DNA of 64,000 nt from positions 3,769-67,768 of the forward strand of contig CAIVLE010000183.1 in the NCBI GenBank assembly GCA_903906635.1, read 5' to 3'. Both the position numbers and the translations under genes were made by a program. The DNA comes from an uncultured Burkholderiales bacterium (GTDB lineage Bacteria; Pseudomonadota; Gammaproteobacteria; Burkholderiales; Burkholderiaceae_C). The notes under the pieces were generated by a model. That model was not told the origin of the DNA. It made no database searches and saw only the letters and a list, made by a program, of their open reading frames with translations. This document shows positions 62,624 to 64,000 of the stretch, one piece after another; the first letter of the stretch is position 1; every line of letters begins with the position of its first letter.

Positions 62624-62654
62624 GAGCAGAACCCGAAATTTGCTCTTATGAATA

Positions 62655-62676
62655 TAAGATAACTCAAATTATCTTA
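62655..62676. repeat. Inverted repeat TAAGATAA-CTCAAA-TTATCTTA upstream of the KilA-N gene
   Basis: Read directly: 8-bp arms in an AT-rich spacer, 44 nt upstream of ATG 62720. It may be an operator, or a terminator of the remnant. Confidence 0.45.
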
Positions 62677-62719
62677 GGTTAAAATTTTAGCGTCAAAACA
62701 GCGCTTCGCCGTCAACTCC

Positions 62720-63550
62720 ATGACCAAATCTCGCAGCCTGAGCGTCCAAGGCACTCCCGTAGGCTTCATCACCCGCCATGAGCAGGACTACATCTCACTG
62801 ACCGACATGGTCAAACGCTTCGGTGATGAAAGCGTGCTCTACAGCTGGCTGCGCAATCGCAACACAGTTGAATTTCTGGGGGTCTGGGAGCTGATCAACA
62901 ACCCGGCCTTTAAACCTCTCGAATTCGAGAGGTTTAAATCCCAGGCAGGACTGAACAGCTTTTCGCTGTCGCCCTCCAAGTGGGTGGAGGCCACCGGCGC
63001 GATCGGCCTGTTTGCGAAGGCTGGCCGAGGTGGCGGCACGTACGCGCACCGTGACATTGCCTTTGAATTTGGATCATGGCTCAGCCCAGAGTTCAAGCTG
63101 TACCTGATCACGGAGTTTCAGCGGCTCAAGGACGAAGAGGCCCGCGCAAGCTCACTGGAGTGGAGTTTCCAGCGGACCCTGGCCAAGGTCAACTACCGCA
63201 TCCATACCGACGCCATCAAAGAACACTTGGTTCCCCGCCAGTTGACCAAGGCGCAAACCGCCACACTTTATGCCAGCGAAGCCGATCTGCTGAATGTGGC
63301 CTTGTTTGGCATGACGGCTGCTGAGTGGCGAGGGGCCAACCCTAGCGCAGTGGGCAATATGCGGGATGCCGCCACTCTGGAGCAGTTGGTGGTGCTGTCG
63401 AACATGGAGAGCATCAATGCGGTGCTGATTTATCAGGGCATCGATGCGCCCGAGCGTCTGCGTCAGCTCAATGCGATTGCCATCACCCAAATGCGCTCGC
63501 TCATTGGGCTGGCAGCTGTCAAGCAGTTGGGGCACTCGCGCCAGTCATGA
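62720..63550 (+). CDS. KilA-N domain-containing DNA-binding protein
   Basis: The N-terminal half (ISLTDMVKRFGDESVLYSWLRNRNTVEFLGVWE...GGTYAHRDIAFEFGSWLSPEFKLYLI) matches the KilA-N/Bro-N type domain common in phages and ICEs. Confidence 0.78.
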   Translation: MTKSRSLSVQGTPVGFITRHEQDYISLTDMVKRFGDESVLYSWLRNRNTVEFLGVWELINNPAFKPLEFERFKSQAGLNSFSLSPSKWVEATGAIGLFAKAGRGGGTYAHRDIAFEFGSWLSPEFKLYLITEFQRLKDEEARASSLEWSFQRTLAKVNYRIHTDAIKEHLVPRQLTKAQTATLYASEADLLNVALFGMTAAEWRGANPSAVGNMRDAATLEQLVVLSNMESINAVLIYQGIDAPERLRQLNAIAITQMRSLIGLAAVKQLGHSRQS

Positions 63551-64000
63551 TGGCGAACAAGCCCGCTTACGTCAGTCGCCTGGGGTTGCATCACTTTGCT
63601 CATCTGCGGGCGGTGGCAGAAGGGTTGCCCCTTGTGGACGCAGTCAAACGGTATCTGGGCGTGGAGCATGGGCACCAAGCCAAAGTGGCTCACTTGGAGA
63701 GTCGGGATGCGGTGCGAGCGGTGGCCCGTCGCCGAGGCTTGAGTGCGTGGCGCCTCATTGGGATCGCCCTCGACGTGCAAGTCTCGCACGGCGGGGCACC
63801 CAGTCTGCAGGAGTTCATTGAGTCCCGTGATCTGGACGATTGGTCAGAGGCCGATGTGCTTCAGATGTACCAGGAAATCTACCCCGCCAGTGGCAAGCAG
63901 CTTCACCGTCAGCGCGTGCGCACGCGACTGCGCGAACGTCTGTTGGAGACACTGCATGAACTCGAAGCCTTGGCGGCCGAACAACCTCAGCCAGCCGACG
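63547..64000 (+). CDS. N-terminal 151 codons of a putative ICE-type (Tn4371-family-like) tyrosine integrase; the 3-prime end lies beyond the window
   Basis: This ORF is absent from the supplied track because it has no stop in the window. ATG 63547 overlaps the KilA-N stop (ATGA) and the frame is open through 64000. The translation MMANKPAYVSRLGLHHFAHLRAVAEGLPLVDAVKRYLGVEHGH...APSLQEFIESRDLDDWSEADVLQMYQ...LEALAAEQPQPAD resembles the N-terminal region of Burkholderiales ICE integrases as I recall them. Confidence 0.5.
   Translation, partial: MMANKPAYVSRLGLHHFAHLRAVAEGLPLVDAVKRYLGVEHGHQAKVAHLESRDAVRAVARRRGLSAWRLIGIALDVQVSHGGAPSLQEFIESRDLDDWSEADVLQMYQEIYPASGKQLHRQRVRTRLRERLLETLHELEALAAEQPQPAD

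Larger units (their letters stand above)
62041..64000 (+). mobile_element. Left flank of a putative integrative element (ICE or genomic island) continuing to the right of the window
   Basis: The sequence changes abruptly from core-like coding DNA to an AT-rich ORF-free spacer. A truncated helicase, a KilA-N gene and a coupled integrase-like gene follow. The boundaries are approximate. Confidence 0.45.

Overview
The window is a gene-dense, moderately GC-rich stretch of what looks like a betaproteobacterial (Burkholderiales/Comamonadaceae-like) chromosome. That taxonomic call is an inference from gene order (dapC-dapD-dapE, smc-zipA-ligA, map-glnD) and from two Bug-family (TctC-like) binding proteins. 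About 62 of the 64 kb is core housekeeping DNA. From left to right it holds: the tail of an RND efflux operon, an ABC-F/prmB/dapEDC string, smc-zipA-ligA-def, glnD-map, purL, and rlhA-ppiC-bolA-yciB-msrB-selO. Then come an acyl-CoA ligase, a Liv-type ABC importer and a beta-oxidation cluster, then tex, ygfZ, and mltG-tmk-holB-tatD. I found no rRNA, tRNA, CRISPR array or transposase. There is no clear-cut novel multi-gene system. The items most worth a second look are: (1) a translationally coupled SdpA-like/HTTM-like membrane pair appended to the efflux operon (2270-3576); (2) a tiny lipoprotein ending in an HExxH-rich motif, next to a TTGATAT repeat cluster (46820-47232); (3) a patatin-like phospholipase gene split by a single-base frameshift (49741-50816); (4) the last 2 kb, where an AT-rich junction, a 5-prime-truncated helicase remnant, a KilA-N gene and the start of an ICE-type tyrosine integrase mark the left flank of a mobile element that runs off the window. 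The integrase ORF is missing from the supplied ORF track because it has no stop inside the window. All family assignments rest on motif recognition and remembered homologues. No database search was run.
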